A stretch of DNA of 41,553 nucleotides from Pseudomonadota bacterium (GTDB taxonomy: Bacteria > Bdellovibrionota > FAC87 > UBA2466), in NCBI GenBank assembly GCA_043718025.1, contig JAYSWN010000027.1, positions 1 to 41,553 on the forward strand. The letters run 5' to 3'. The position numbers and the translations under genes were made by a program. Below are positions 18,865 to 28,771 of this stretch, in pieces. The first letter of the stretch is position 1. Every line of letters begins with the position of its first letter. Below the pieces are notes generated by a model. That model ran no database searches. It was not told the DNA's origin and worked only from the letters and a program-made list of their open reading frames with translations.

Positions 18865-19491
18865 TCAGGAGTCGCCCTCTTTTGCGGAGCCAAAAACAAG
18901 CTCTCCGCTGAAAGTTAGCTTGCTGTCCATTGGTATCCAGAGCAGGCGAGGAATTGGCCATTCCCAACGGGCGAGATCATGCTGCCCACTTAGCGTGCAG
19001 CGGAGCGTGTTTGGATCTGGTTGGCAGGCCGCCAGTATCGACAGGGGATGCTTTGAGGCGCCCGACATAAAATAGCCCACCATATTCACCATATTTGTTC
19101 CCCCCTCCCCAAGACCAAACCAATCCATAGCGAAGCTAGTGTATGACCAGGGCACGTCACGCAGCTGCGCCAGCAGCAGGCTCCCCGCGCTTTCCTCAAA
19201 GGTGATTTTATTACGCTGTCCCGCCACTTTAAGCACAACCCCGTTCTTGAAGTCGTCAGGATTGAGGCCAACCGTTCCGTGCGCTACATTAACGCGCCCA
19301 TGAAAAACTTTTAATGGGTGAGCCCACTTGAAATCAACGTTCCCCCTTAAGAGGTCCCATTTTTTATTTTCTGATTTCGCTGCCCCCGAGACCCCCCCGT
19401 AGATCATTTCCGAACGTGCGATGGGAGAGTGGCCGATAAGCGCAATTGCCAGCGCTAACCTAGATAAAGAACGGTTTAATGGAGTTCTCAT
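18865..19491 (-). CDS. Secreted YceI-like lipid/isoprenoid-binding protein
   Basis: Signal peptide; VDFKWAHPLKVFHG...GTVGLNPDD N-terminal pattern and C-terminal L..W..PIPRLL...MDSKLTF resemble YceI. Confidence 0.55.
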   Translation of the reverse strand: MRTPLNRSLSRLALAIALIGHSPIARSEMIYGGVSGAAKSENKKWDLLRGNVDFKWAHPLKVFHGRVNVAHGTVGLNPDDFKNGVVLKVAGQRNKITFEESAGSLLLAQLRDVPWSYTSFAMDWFGLGEGGTNMVNMVGYFMSGASKHPLSILAACQPDPNTLRCTLSGQHDLARWEWPIPRLLWIPMDSKLTFSGELVFGSAKEGDS

Positions 19492-19788
19492 TTTGATTTG
19501 GCCATTTTACTACAAAAACAAGTGATTCAATCCGCCCCATTGTCTCACAGCGCCAGCAAAAGCGTAGCGGGCGAACACATCGGCCCTTCCTAACGCGTCG
19601 GGCTGACTTGGGTAGAACAAGCTGGCAGCGCTACAAAAGATTTTGGCCGGTGGTTACCGCCTGGTAGGGTTCAAAAAAAATAGCTAAGCCTCTGATTTAA
19701 TTGAAAACAACCTAAGTCAAATTCGAGCTGCATCAGCACTAGAATTCTTCCCGAGACATTTTGGGGTCTCTACATTAAATTTCGTCCC

Positions 19789-20979
19789 ATGACTTCAACT
19801 CCTAAGGCCGCCCTTAATCGGCAAATCCTCATTTTGACGGTGTGGAGCTTTTTGTTTGTAGCGCCGCTTCTTTTTACCACCGGTACGAACATCGTTACCC
19901 GTACTTTTACGGAGGGGGCGCTGCGTCTCTGGAGCGGAGTCTCGCCCTATCAGGCGCCTGGGCCGGACACCGATGTTTTTCACTATCCTACTTTCTTTGC
20001 CTTTGCCTATCGGGCTTTTGCTTTTCTGCCATCGGTTTCGCAAAGTCTGGCTTGGACATTAATGAACTGCTTGGTTTTTTGGGCGGGAGTCTCGGCTTGG
20101 TTTGAAATTCGAAAAGGGATGGGCGTGAGCTATTGGTTGGCTTTGGCGGGGTGTGCGATGGAGTTAGATATTTCGCTGCGCTACCAGCAGAGTAATGCGC
20201 TGATCATTGGGGCCGTGTTGTTGGCGTTGGCCGCTTTCCGGGACAATCGAAACGTCCTCTCGGCGGGACTGTTCGCTCTCGGGGCAAACTTAAAAGTGCT
20301 TCCAGGCATAGTGGCACTTTTTCTGCTTTTTGCGGGGCGCAAGCGATTTTCAACGGCGTTCTTTTTAGCGCTTGGTGGCCTTTTCTTAATCCCCGTTTTA
20401 TTTTTTGGGTTTTCGCGCTGCTGGGGGCTGCAGGTCGAGCATTTTTTGGTAGTGACTCGCGACCTGCCGCAAAGGCATCTGCTCGACATAAAATCGGCTT
20501 TTGATCGATTGGGCTATGGCCTTGTGGGTACTCAAATTCGGTTCCTCGTCCTTGTCTCAAGCCTGTTCCTACTGTTGGCGGGGGCATTTCAATTTAATAA
20601 GAAAGAATTTCCGTGGGAGGCCTGGCTTTTTTTGTTTTTTAGCTTTTTCCTACTGGTAACTCCGCGGGTAGAGTCACCAACCTTTGTGTTTATTGCCCCG
20701 AGCTACCTTCTTTTAATGCCGAGACTAGGTAAATTGTCGCGAGTGTTTCTGTTGTGCGCCATGTTCTTTTTGACCGTGGTCTACACCTCCGTGTGGACTG
20801 CGTTTTTTAAATTCGCTTTCACTGAGTTTTGGATGTCGAAGTCGTTTGCTACGGTAGTGATCTGGATTCTATCCAGCTCCCTCCTATTCAAATTCGTTTA
20901 CCAAGAGTTTAAACGATCTCCGTTGCTGATGCGGGCAACGACCCTTAACGGTTTTTCCAGGTTAAGTAGTGAGTCTTGA
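19789..20979 (+). CDS. GT-C fold membrane glycosyltransferase, GT87/DUF2029-like
   Basis: Multi-TM; SPY...DVFHYPTFFA, YQQSNAL and ANLKVLP motifs. Confidence 0.8.
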   Translation: MTSTPKAALNRQILILTVWSFLFVAPLLFTTGTNIVTRTFTEGALRLWSGVSPYQAPGPDTDVFHYPTFFAFAYRAFAFLPSVSQSLAWTLMNCLVFWAGVSAWFEIRKGMGVSYWLALAGCAMELDISLRYQQSNALIIGAVLLALAAFRDNRNVLSAGLFALGANLKVLPGIVALFLLFAGRKRFSTAFFLALGGLFLIPVLFFGFSRCWGLQVEHFLVVTRDLPQRHLLDIKSAFDRLGYGLVGTQIRFLVLVSSLFLLLAGAFQFNKKEFPWEAWLFLFFSFFLLVTPRVESPTFVFIAPSYLLLMPRLGKLSRVFLLCAMFFLTVVYTSVWTAFFKFAFTEFWMSKSFATVVIWILSSSLLFKFVYQEFKRSPLLMRATTLNGFSRLSSES

Positions 20980-23146
20980 ACTAACCATTATTGTGCCCGC
21001 CCGCAGTAGTGCCCACTGCATTTTGGACGGTATATTGAGACTTGAGAATCACCTTAAGTCGAAGCTGCCCGCCTTAGAGTACGAAGTTTTGGTGGTCACC
21101 AATAAGGCCGAGGGCGATCATGCCGACGACACCTACGAGGTGGTTCAAAAGCATTTGGTCTCGTTTCCCCGATTAAAGTTGATTCGACTCATGGTCTCTC
21201 CGGGTAAGGGGGCGGCAATAAAAAAAGCGATGGAGTCGGCCCACGGTCGTTATGTTTTGTTTGTCGATTCTGACTTCCCCTTTTCATTGTCCTTTATTGA
21301 GAAGGCCTTATCGGAGCTAAAATTGGGCGCCGATTTTGTGACGGCGAACCGGCGCTTAAATGAAAGTGTTTTTCGCTGTCCGGTTCCGCTGTTGCGCCTC
21401 GTTTACCGTCGGCACCGACTGGGCTTAATCTTTAATCGAACGGTGCGCGCTTTCTTGGGTATCTCCTCAACCGACACCCAAGCGGGAATGAAGGCCTTTT
21501 CTCGTCGTCTCCTTGACTTGGCGTTGGCGCGACAGACCTGTCCTACTTTCTTTTTTGACCTCGAGTATTTTTTGATCGTTAAGGAGTATGGGCTGGTTCA
21601 TAAGCAGATTCCGGTCGAGTTTTTTTTACAGAGCGAAAAGAGCACGGTCAGCCTTTTTCGCGACTTCTATTTATCAATTTATTGGCTCATTCGTATTCGT
21701 CTGCAAAAGTTTAGTGGTCATTACGGCCCTTCGAAGAATGAAAAAAGTTCAACCGTCTGGAAGAAAATTCTTACCGGAACCTGGACGCGCAACCCGGCGG
21801 GGCTGTTTTTCTTGGCCGCGCGTTGGGCCTTAACGCCGTACGCCCGAATGAGCCGGTTTGTGCCGCAAACTGGCTCGATAGTAGACTTCGGTTGCGGTCA
21901 TGGTTTGTTCTCCATCCTGCTCGCGGAGCAGTCGCAAGCCCGCACGGTGCTTGCCATAGATCACGACGGCAAACGTATCGAGATGGCGCGCAAAGCGTCG
22001 ACGGCCTTAACCAACCTCAAATTTGAGAGAGCAAGCTTTCTTGATCCTCTAGGGGAGCCCGCCGACTGCGTCGTTATCTTGGATTCTCTGCATTACGTGC
22101 CTTTTGATAACCAGGCCGATTTTGTGGATAAGATTTTTAGTAAACTTAAGCCAGGGGGATCCCTAGTCATCCGCGAAATTGACCTCGATCGAAAGAGTAA
22201 AACGTTTGTGAACTACCTTTACGAACGTACCGTTACGTTGGTGGGTTTCACCAAGACCGTTCACGGAAAGATTTTTCCGCGCACCGCAGAACAGTGGAGT
22301 CGTTTTTTCGAACAGCGGGGCTTTCGGGTCATGAGTGAGCCATGTTCTCACTTCCTTTTTGCCGATACGCTGTTCGTGTGCCAGAAGCCGGGGCCGGAGG
22401 CCACGGCGAAGTCTTTTATTTCTCGCGTGACGGCTGACGATTGGGGGCTATCGCCCGGGGTAAATGACGGAATCCTCAAACTGGTCCACGAGGGCATTGT
22501 GAAGAGAGTCTCGTTAATGGCCAATGGAAAACACCTTGGCTACAAGCTCGGGGAATTACTCAGCAGTGGGGCGGCACTAGGGCTACATTTTGATCTCACC
22601 TCCGGAGAGACTCTGGGCTTCACTTCCAAAAGTGAATTGCTGTCTTACCTATACAATCCCGCACGGCCACTTTTTGAAAAGCGGGCGAAAATTGCCGAGG
22701 AGCTAGATAAACAGATGGCGCGGTTGGAAGGGCAGGGGGTTACGGTAGAGCACTTCGATAGTCACCACCACGTTCATCTTCTTCCCATCGTTATTGGTGC
22801 GATTGTACCGAGCCTGATCAAGCGCAATGTTCGAACGGTGAGGGTTCCGTACCATCGATCATTATGGTTCACCAGCCGGTTTGCCCTCAATTTTTTAAGT
22901 CTTTACGCCCGGCGTACTTTGCGAAAAAATTCTTTTGTTGAGACGCCTTTCTACTATCCTTCAAAAACCGATCTTAAGTTTCGGGCCAGCTTTGCGCGAA
23001 AACTTTCGTACCTGGGTGAAGCGGAAGTGATCGTTCATCCGGCGCAGATCGATGATTTAAGCCTGCACCAAATCAATGACCCCTATCAGCAAGGACGGGT
23101 TCAGGAGTTTCAGACTCTGAGAACTCTATTTCCGGTTAACGAATAG
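20969..23146 (+). CDS. Triple fusion: GT2 (polyprenol-P glycosyltransferase-like) + class I SAM methyltransferase + YdjC/ChbG-like deacetylase
   Basis: GT2: IIVPA, GKGAAI, FVDSD, DTQAGMKAF, FDLE. MTase: DFGCGHG, AIDHD, LKPGG. YdjC: TADDWG, GLHFDL, DSHHHVH, IVHP. Confidence 0.88.
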   Translation: MSLELTIIVPARSSAHCILDGILRLENHLKSKLPALEYEVLVVTNKAEGDHADDTYEVVQKHLVSFPRLKLIRLMVSPGKGAAIKKAMESAHGRYVLFVDSDFPFSLSFIEKALSELKLGADFVTANRRLNESVFRCPVPLLRLVYRRHRLGLIFNRTVRAFLGISSTDTQAGMKAFSRRLLDLALARQTCPTFFFDLEYFLIVKEYGLVHKQIPVEFFLQSEKSTVSLFRDFYLSIYWLIRIRLQKFSGHYGPSKNEKSSTVWKKILTGTWTRNPAGLFFLAARWALTPYARMSRFVPQTGSIVDFGCGHGLFSILLAEQSQARTVLAIDHDGKRIEMARKASTALTNLKFERASFLDPLGEPADCVVILDSLHYVPFDNQADFVDKIFSKLKPGGSLVIREIDLDRKSKTFVNYLYERTVTLVGFTKTVHGKIFPRTAEQWSRFFEQRGFRVMSEPCSHFLFADTLFVCQKPGPEATAKSFISRVTADDWGLSPGVNDGILKLVHEGIVKRVSLMANGKHLGYKLGELLSSGAALGLHFDLTSGETLGFTSKSELLSYLYNPARPLFEKRAKIAEELDKQMARLEGQGVTVEHFDSHHHVHLLPIVIGAIVPSLIKRNVRTVRVPYHRSLWFTSRFALNFLSLYARRTLRKNSFVETPFYYPSKTDLKFRASFARKLSYLGEAEVIVHPAQIDDLSLHQINDPYQQGRVQEFQTLRTLFPVNE

Positions 23147-23164
23147 GCTGAAAAAATTGCGTCC

Positions 23165-24577
23165 CTAGAAACTAACGCGTAATCCAAGCCCCAAATCTAG
23201 GGTAGGCGCCGGAATGTCGATTGGACCGACGGCCGTCCCTTTATAATTAACCGCCGGGGCGTTGAGGGCAAAACGAAACTCACCGCCCTTGGTTCCAAAA
23301 TGGCCGGCGGCAAAAGCTTCGAACGTGAGGTAGGTGAGCACTCGCCACGAGAAATCCAATCGGCCAACAAAAGAGGCATCCGAGAGATTTCCCAGCACTG
23401 ACACGGTGTAGTTGGTGCGTCGATCTTCGTCGGGTCCCTCGGCGGTGAGGTAAATTGCGGCGTAATGGCGGCCGGTATAAAAGGGGCGGTAGGCACCAAA
23501 AAAGATCAGCGCCGGATAGGCTTTGGGATCGCTGTAGCCTAGGCCGTTGTAAAAATACTCGACGCCAATGGTGGCTTGTCGATTCTCTTTCCACGCAAAT
23601 TGATAGTTGATACCACCGCTGGTCTGTACAATCGGTCCTTGAAGCCCCACTTCCGATATGATCGTAGAGATGTCTAACCCCGGCGTCAGCGAACCATTTA
23701 CGTTGTAAAATGGAGTGGGTGACGACGAAAGAATCGCGGTTTCCGCATAAATGTCGAACGGGCCCAAAGGCGCCGAGAGATCGGCTCCTACTACCGGGGT
23801 GCGGCTGCCGCGCGCCAGCCATTCGGCCCCCACTTCAGCGCCGAGGATCACGGTTTCGGCGCGTAGCGCTACTCCCATCTGGCCCAGGGTGGAAGCGGCG
23901 GCCGGATTATCAAACAGCCCCAAAACGTAGAATGCCGACTTCTCTTTTTCCCAGGGGATGGCGAATTTCACCATGCTATTACCCAGACGCAGATCCGATG
24001 AAAGAAGCGGGTCACGCGTTTGGGTGTGAAAGAAATCGGTAGGGTTCCAAAAGCGCGCCGCACCCCATCGCACGTGCTGTTTACCGGCGGTGACAAAGAT
24101 CGTGCGGTTGATATCAAATTTGAGCCACGCCTGGTCTAAAACCACTTGCGGATTGCTGGCAACAGCGGGCGTGGTGAGACTGCTCGGCGCCGTGCTGATG
24201 GAAGAGTACTGAAAGCTTCCTAAAGATCCACCGGTTGCGCTGCGATTGGCGTCGTAAAAAAGGCGTCCATTGATAAAGCCGCGCAATCGATCATTTGGGC
24301 GGGAGTCCATAAAACTATCGAACATCAGTGGCGAAGAGATGGGTTGGTCGCCTAGATTGCGACCCTCCTGCGCCGAAACGATAAGGCGTTGGTAATAGAG
24401 CCCGCCGATTTGCAATGGGTTGTCTTTTACCTCTCCAGTTTCAAAAGCGTCGCGGCTAGCGGTATGCGGCTTCGCGCCAAACATATCGGCCTCGTTGGGG
24501 CGCGTCGTCGTTGGGTCGGCCGCTAAAGTGGATTGAACGCAGAGGGTAAGGGTTAAAATTAAAATAGGTCGTTTCAT
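23165..24577 (-). CDS. Probable outer-membrane beta-barrel protein
   Basis: Signal peptide, LDQAWL...TAGKQHVRWG..FWNPTD, C-terminal LGLRVSF beta signal. Confidence 0.7.
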   Translation of the reverse strand: MKRPILILTLTLCVQSTLAADPTTTRPNEADMFGAKPHTASRDAFETGEVKDNPLQIGGLYYQRLIVSAQEGRNLGDQPISSPLMFDSFMDSRPNDRLRGFINGRLFYDANRSATGGSLGSFQYSSISTAPSSLTTPAVASNPQVVLDQAWLKFDINRTIFVTAGKQHVRWGAARFWNPTDFFHTQTRDPLLSSDLRLGNSMVKFAIPWEKEKSAFYVLGLFDNPAAASTLGQMGVALRAETVILGAEVGAEWLARGSRTPVVGADLSAPLGPFDIYAETAILSSSPTPFYNVNGSLTPGLDISTIISEVGLQGPIVQTSGGINYQFAWKENRQATIGVEYFYNGLGYSDPKAYPALIFFGAYRPFYTGRHYAAIYLTAEGPDEDRRTNYTVSVLGNLSDASFVGRLDFSWRVLTYLTFEAFAAGHFGTKGGEFRFALNAPAVNYKGTAVGPIDIPAPTLDLGLGLRVSF

Positions 24578-24588
24578 GAGAAGTCCGG

Positions 24589-25368
24589 TTAGCGGCTCTT
24601 GGACTCAAGCCAGGCTTTAGTAAAAATATTCTCAGGCAGTGGATTGAGATCGATCGACTTGATGAGAACTAACGTGGAATTAGATTTATCGACTTCGTCG
24701 AAAATTCTAACCTCTTGGCGGTACCACAGGTCGGCCTTTTTACTTTCACTGTGCAGCTTTTGCCATTTGGGTATGTAAGAGGTGCGCATGAGGCGACCAG
24801 ACAGGGCAAAGTCTTGCCGCTTCAGATCATTGCCGGTGTCTTTGTCGATCCATAGCTTTACGATGGGATAGGCCACATCAATTCCCGTTTTAGCGGTGAG
24901 TTTCAATACGGTTACCTTAAAATTGCCCAGCTTCTCCTCTGCTTCGAAGGCCGGATCGTACTCTTCGGCCATTTTACTTTGGTCAAAGTCTTGTCGCCGT
25001 GAATCGGTTCCGGCGATGCGCTCGCGATCGGTGCGCCTTTCCCACTTGCCAACGGTCGGGTCGTAAAACCAAAGGTTTTTGTCGGCGCGCAGATATCCCT
25101 TTCCCGCTTCGGCTTTTGGTTTTGAGAAAAGGAGCATCAGCTTTTCATCGGCGTCACGGCGGTAGGCTAAGCCCTCGCGTACGACGTCAGGTTTATCTTT
25201 TTCGCGCTGCTCTAGATAAAAGAGTGCTTTGTAATCACCCGAACTTCGCACCCGTTGATCGATTCCTTTTAAGAGTTCAACCATTTCAGGTTTGCTGGGC
25301 GCTTTGACGCCTTTTTCCAGGGCGATGGCAGACCAAGAAACGAATAAGGCCAGGAGTAATAATTTCAT
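24589..25368 (-). CDS. LolA-like outer membrane lipoprotein-sorting protein
   Basis: Signal peptide; LLFSKP..EAGKGYL...NLWFYDP, IAGTD, IFTKAWLE. Confidence 0.85.
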   Translation of the reverse strand: MKLLLLALFVSWSAIALEKGVKAPSKPEMVELLKGIDQRVRSSGDYKALFYLEQREKDKPDVVREGLAYRRDADEKLMLLFSKPKAEAGKGYLRADKNLWFYDPTVGKWERRTDRERIAGTDSRRQDFDQSKMAEEYDPAFEAEEKLGNFKVTVLKLTAKTGIDVAYPIVKLWIDKDTGNDLKRQDFALSGRLMRTSYIPKWQKLHSESKKADLWYRQEVRIFDEVDKSNSTLVLIKSIDLNPLPENIFTKAWLESKSR

Positions 25369-25370
25369 CG

Positions 25371-26678
25371 TTACCCTATGTGTGACATTGCCGTGATGGG
25401 CTTAAGCCGCGCGGCATGAGTTGACGGAATTAACGACACCAACGTGGTACAGGCATTGATAATGATCATGCCCACCAAAATGCGTAACGGGTCGATGGTG
25501 GAATGGATCGTGGGCGACATCAAAAACATTTGTGCGCCCTCGGGCACGTGAATTTTTAGGGCGTTTAAAATGGTGGCGCCGATAATCCCCATAATGGCTC
25601 CGGTAACCGTTCCGGCCAGGCCAAGCAGAAAAGACTCGAGCACAAACATCGCCTGCACTCGCCGCCGCTGCATGCCGATGGCGCGCAGAGTGCCAATTTC
25701 ACGGGTGCGCTCGCGTATGGCGATCCACATCGAATTCATGATGCCAATACCAATGATAATGAGGAGCACCACGGTGAGAATAATCATCAGGCTATCTAAG
25801 CCGCGCACCATCCAAGTGAGAAAGGTCATCTCTTCATCCCAGGTGGTGAGATCCAATTTCTGTCCGGTCCAGTCCTCGCGGCTGACCGACTGCAGCTTTT
25901 CCCAAAAAGGCTTGGCCACCCGATCCATGAGCAGAAACCCCTCGTCGGAAAAGGCTTTTCGCAATAGCTCAAGATCCATGGGAATGCGCTTCATGTCTTT
26001 TACGTAGACGTGCAGCGCGCCGGTGGTGTCATCGTTGAGTTGAGACAATTTGCGTACTGACTCATCGGAGATGAAGACATTCCAACTGCTCAGCATGCCT
26101 ACGTCTTGAGCGATAGCCACCACCGTAACGTCGAGCGTGTTGCTAATTCCACGGGCAGTTTGCGTAGAGAAGACCAGTGTGTCGCCCACTTTTACGTCGA
26201 GCTTCTTGGCCTGGCTCTCAAAGATCAAAATAGTATTGGGCTGCTCGAGGCCATCCATGCTGCCCGACACCACTTGGACGATTTTTCGAAAGCTTGGTTC
26301 ATTTTTAATGTCTAAGCCACCAATCGCCACCTGTAGCGCTTTTTTGGGACTTACCAGCTTCGCCCAGCCACGTCCGCGTGGGGCAACAAAGTCTAAATCG
26401 GGCAGCGTCTTCTCGACGATTTGCCGAAGTCGTCGGTATTGGGTAATCACCGGGGCCGATTGTCCCGCCGTAATTTTAAAGAAGCCCGCCACATTGATAT
26501 GCCCGGTTTGTAGCGTCGTGGCTGACTCAAGCATGATCGAATGGATGCCCGCCGAAAGGCACAGCATTAGGGTGAGCAGCGCGGTGACTCCGGCAATGGC
26601 CCCGCCAAGGAGCAAAGTGCGCTTGCGGTGTTGGGTAAGATTTCTTAGAGCAATGAGAAAGAGCTGTCCCATGGTCAA
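25371..26678 (-). CDS. ABC permease, FtsX/LolE/MacB type
   Basis: ALRNL..HRKRT N-terminus, ERTREIGTLRAIG, C-terminal AARLKPITAM. Confidence 0.92.
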   Translation of the reverse strand: MTMGQLFLIALRNLTQHRKRTLLLGGAIAGVTALLTLMLCLSAGIHSIMLESATTLQTGHINVAGFFKITAGQSAPVITQYRRLRQIVEKTLPDLDFVAPRGRGWAKLVSPKKALQVAIGGLDIKNEPSFRKIVQVVSGSMDGLEQPNTILIFESQAKKLDVKVGDTLVFSTQTARGISNTLDVTVVAIAQDVGMLSSWNVFISDESVRKLSQLNDDTTGALHVYVKDMKRIPMDLELLRKAFSDEGFLLMDRVAKPFWEKLQSVSREDWTGQKLDLTTWDEEMTFLTWMVRGLDSLMIILTVVLLIIIGIGIMNSMWIAIRERTREIGTLRAIGMQRRRVQAMFVLESFLLGLAGTVTGAIMGIIGATILNALKIHVPEGAQMFLMSPTIHSTIDPLRILVGMIIINACTTLVSLIPSTHAARLKPITAMSHIG

Positions 26679-28771
26679 TCCTCCGTCTGCATGGCTTGTA
26701 AGGGCGAAACCCGTGTCGCCACGATAGCGGGGTAGAGCGCGGATATCGCGGTGACCACGCAGATGATCACGAAGGCGCCCACCAGGCTTCCCATTCCCAA
26801 CGTGACGTGAAGGCGGGGACCGGCGAAAAAGAAATAAAGAAAATCGTTGGCCGCCGGAATTCCGATTTTACCCAGAACCTGCACTACTACCGCGCCCAGC
26901 GCCGTACCACCGACGCCGAATACAATACCTAAGAGCAGGGTCTCGATGAGCACGAGGCTCAAGACAAAGCTACGCTGCGCGCCGATCGCTCGCATGGTTC
27001 CAATTTCGCGCACTCGCTGCAGTGTGGCCATCATTACCGCGTTGTTGATGATGACCAGAGCGACGATGAAAATCACGAATACTGCAAAATAGAGAATCAA
27101 CTTACCGATGGTAACAAATTGGCCCAAGGTTCCCGCCGCCTTTTGCCAGGTGAGGGCTTTGAGGTTCAGGTTTTGGGCTTTCGATAGCTCGTTAATCTCC
27201 CTCAGGGTCTGGTTGAGTCGGGTGGGGTCCTTTAAAATGATTGCCGCATTCAAAATTGCGCCCTTTTCGATCTGTTCTGACGTATAGGCTTGGTTCGCAA
27301 TCGCCGCCCGATTCAGACGGGCTTGATTGTCACCAAGCTCAGTCTGTTCATCTATTTTCATCGATTTGGTGTTTTGAACCACCGAGCTGCCACCGAAAAG
27401 CTGGGCCTCCGCATCGTCTCGCGAAACAAAGGTGGTGCCCGTAGCTTTTTTTAACTCTTGCGTCTCGGCCAGCTTTTCGGGCGTTACGAAGTTGTAGAGA
27501 TCCCGAAACGACATGAGGTCCATAAGGCTAAGGCCTCCGGCCAATCCCGATTTTTCGAGACCCTTAAAGTGAAAGGTGCCGTAAATCTTTACGTTGGCCG
27601 ACTGGACGAAACCTGACTTTGTATAGGCCTTAATCGTGAGCGTATCGCCGGGCTTAAGGCGGTAAAGTTCGAACAGTGGAGCCATGGCCCCGTAGAAAAA
27701 GCGGTAGCGTTCTTCAAAATTAGAGTCGTTCATGTCAAAGAATTGGTTCAATAACTTATCTAATTCTTTTTCATCCACCTTCAAAAAGGCCCGTAGTCTT
27801 TGGCCAATGGTCTGAGCCGATAAGGGGTCTAACTGCAGTACAATTTCGCGCGTCTGCGTTCTATTCTGTTTCACCATTAAACGCAGATCGGGATCGACGG
27901 CGATCTTTTTCCCTTTGTCCGTAAGCGCTTCACTTATCTTATCGAGCCGCCGGGCGGTCTTCATTTTGAACTGCTCTTCGTACTGGTACTTGGCCAACAT
28001 CATTCCGCGCTGGCCCGAAGGAACCATCTCGCCGTCGACCACCTGCATGCGATCAAAGGCACCTCTAAAGGCGTCGAGATCGGTGCCCACGTACTGTAAG
28101 TAAATGAAATCGGCGTCGGGAATCAGGGCGGCGATATGATTTTCTAAATACTCCAGACTGCCGAGCGGGTCGTTATCGAAGCTATTCCAAAACTCAGGCG
28201 AAGAGGCTTTCTGCAGAACTTGCGTAGCCCCTTTATCTATAGAATCAGACGCAGCCAGGGCTGAATAATTTTTGAAGTCGGTCTGAATTACGTTAACCAT
28301 GTGCCGGACGTGGCTCTTCAAACTCTCGATGCGTTGAGCGAGTTCAGCCGTCTGCGGCCCTTTTTGTTTTTCGTATATGGCTTTTCTTAGTCGTTCTAGA
28401 ATTTGATCTACGGTGTTGCCGTAGCTCACCATGGCCCCTTCGATGCCCATCGGAATTACGCTTTTCACGTTTTCGTGGGCCATCAGGGGACCTTTTATTT
28501 TTGAGAAATCGGAAATGGCATTGATGTCGGGGGAGCTCCAGCTTTTGAAGATCTCCATCTCCTCTTTAGAGTCGGCGGCGTAGACCTGAATGTGACCGGC
28601 CACACTTCCTACGATGCTGCGGCTCATCGATGAATCAATGCTGTTCAATAGCGAACCGCCCACGACGAATAGCAGGGTTCCAATAAAAATGATGCCGCCC
28701 ACCACAAAATTTAGGAAACTTGAAAACAGATTTCTGATCGCAAGCTGGCCCAGCAGGAGAAGATCAGTCAT
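26675..28771 (-). CDS. ABC permease, FtsX/LolE/MacB type, with large periplasmic insertion
   Basis: AIRNL, GHIQV, QRVREIGTMRAIG, ATRVSPLQAM; 698 aa. Confidence 0.92.
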   Translation of the reverse strand: MTDLLLLGQLAIRNLFSSFLNFVVGGIIFIGTLLFVVGGSLLNSIDSSMSRSIVGSVAGHIQVYAADSKEEMEIFKSWSSPDINAISDFSKIKGPLMAHENVKSVIPMGIEGAMVSYGNTVDQILERLRKAIYEKQKGPQTAELAQRIESLKSHVRHMVNVIQTDFKNYSALAASDSIDKGATQVLQKASSPEFWNSFDNDPLGSLEYLENHIAALIPDADFIYLQYVGTDLDAFRGAFDRMQVVDGEMVPSGQRGMMLAKYQYEEQFKMKTARRLDKISEALTDKGKKIAVDPDLRLMVKQNRTQTREIVLQLDPLSAQTIGQRLRAFLKVDEKELDKLLNQFFDMNDSNFEERYRFFYGAMAPLFELYRLKPGDTLTIKAYTKSGFVQSANVKIYGTFHFKGLEKSGLAGGLSLMDLMSFRDLYNFVTPEKLAETQELKKATGTTFVSRDDAEAQLFGGSSVVQNTKSMKIDEQTELGDNQARLNRAAIANQAYTSEQIEKGAILNAAIILKDPTRLNQTLREINELSKAQNLNLKALTWQKAAGTLGQFVTIGKLILYFAVFVIFIVALVIINNAVMMATLQRVREIGTMRAIGAQRSFVLSLVLIETLLLGIVFGVGGTALGAVVVQVLGKIGIPAANDFLYFFFAGPRLHVTLGMGSLVGAFVIICVVTAISALYPAIVATRVSPLQAMQTED

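Noticed and set aside
20969..23146. Hopanoid (hpnK-type) cluster
   Set aside because: No squalene-hopene cyclase or other hpn genes in the window; YdjC domains are widespread.
25570..27092. Long antisense ORFs (25570..26007, 26137..26727, 26847..27092)
   Set aside because: Antisense shadows of well-supported permease genes; no motifs.
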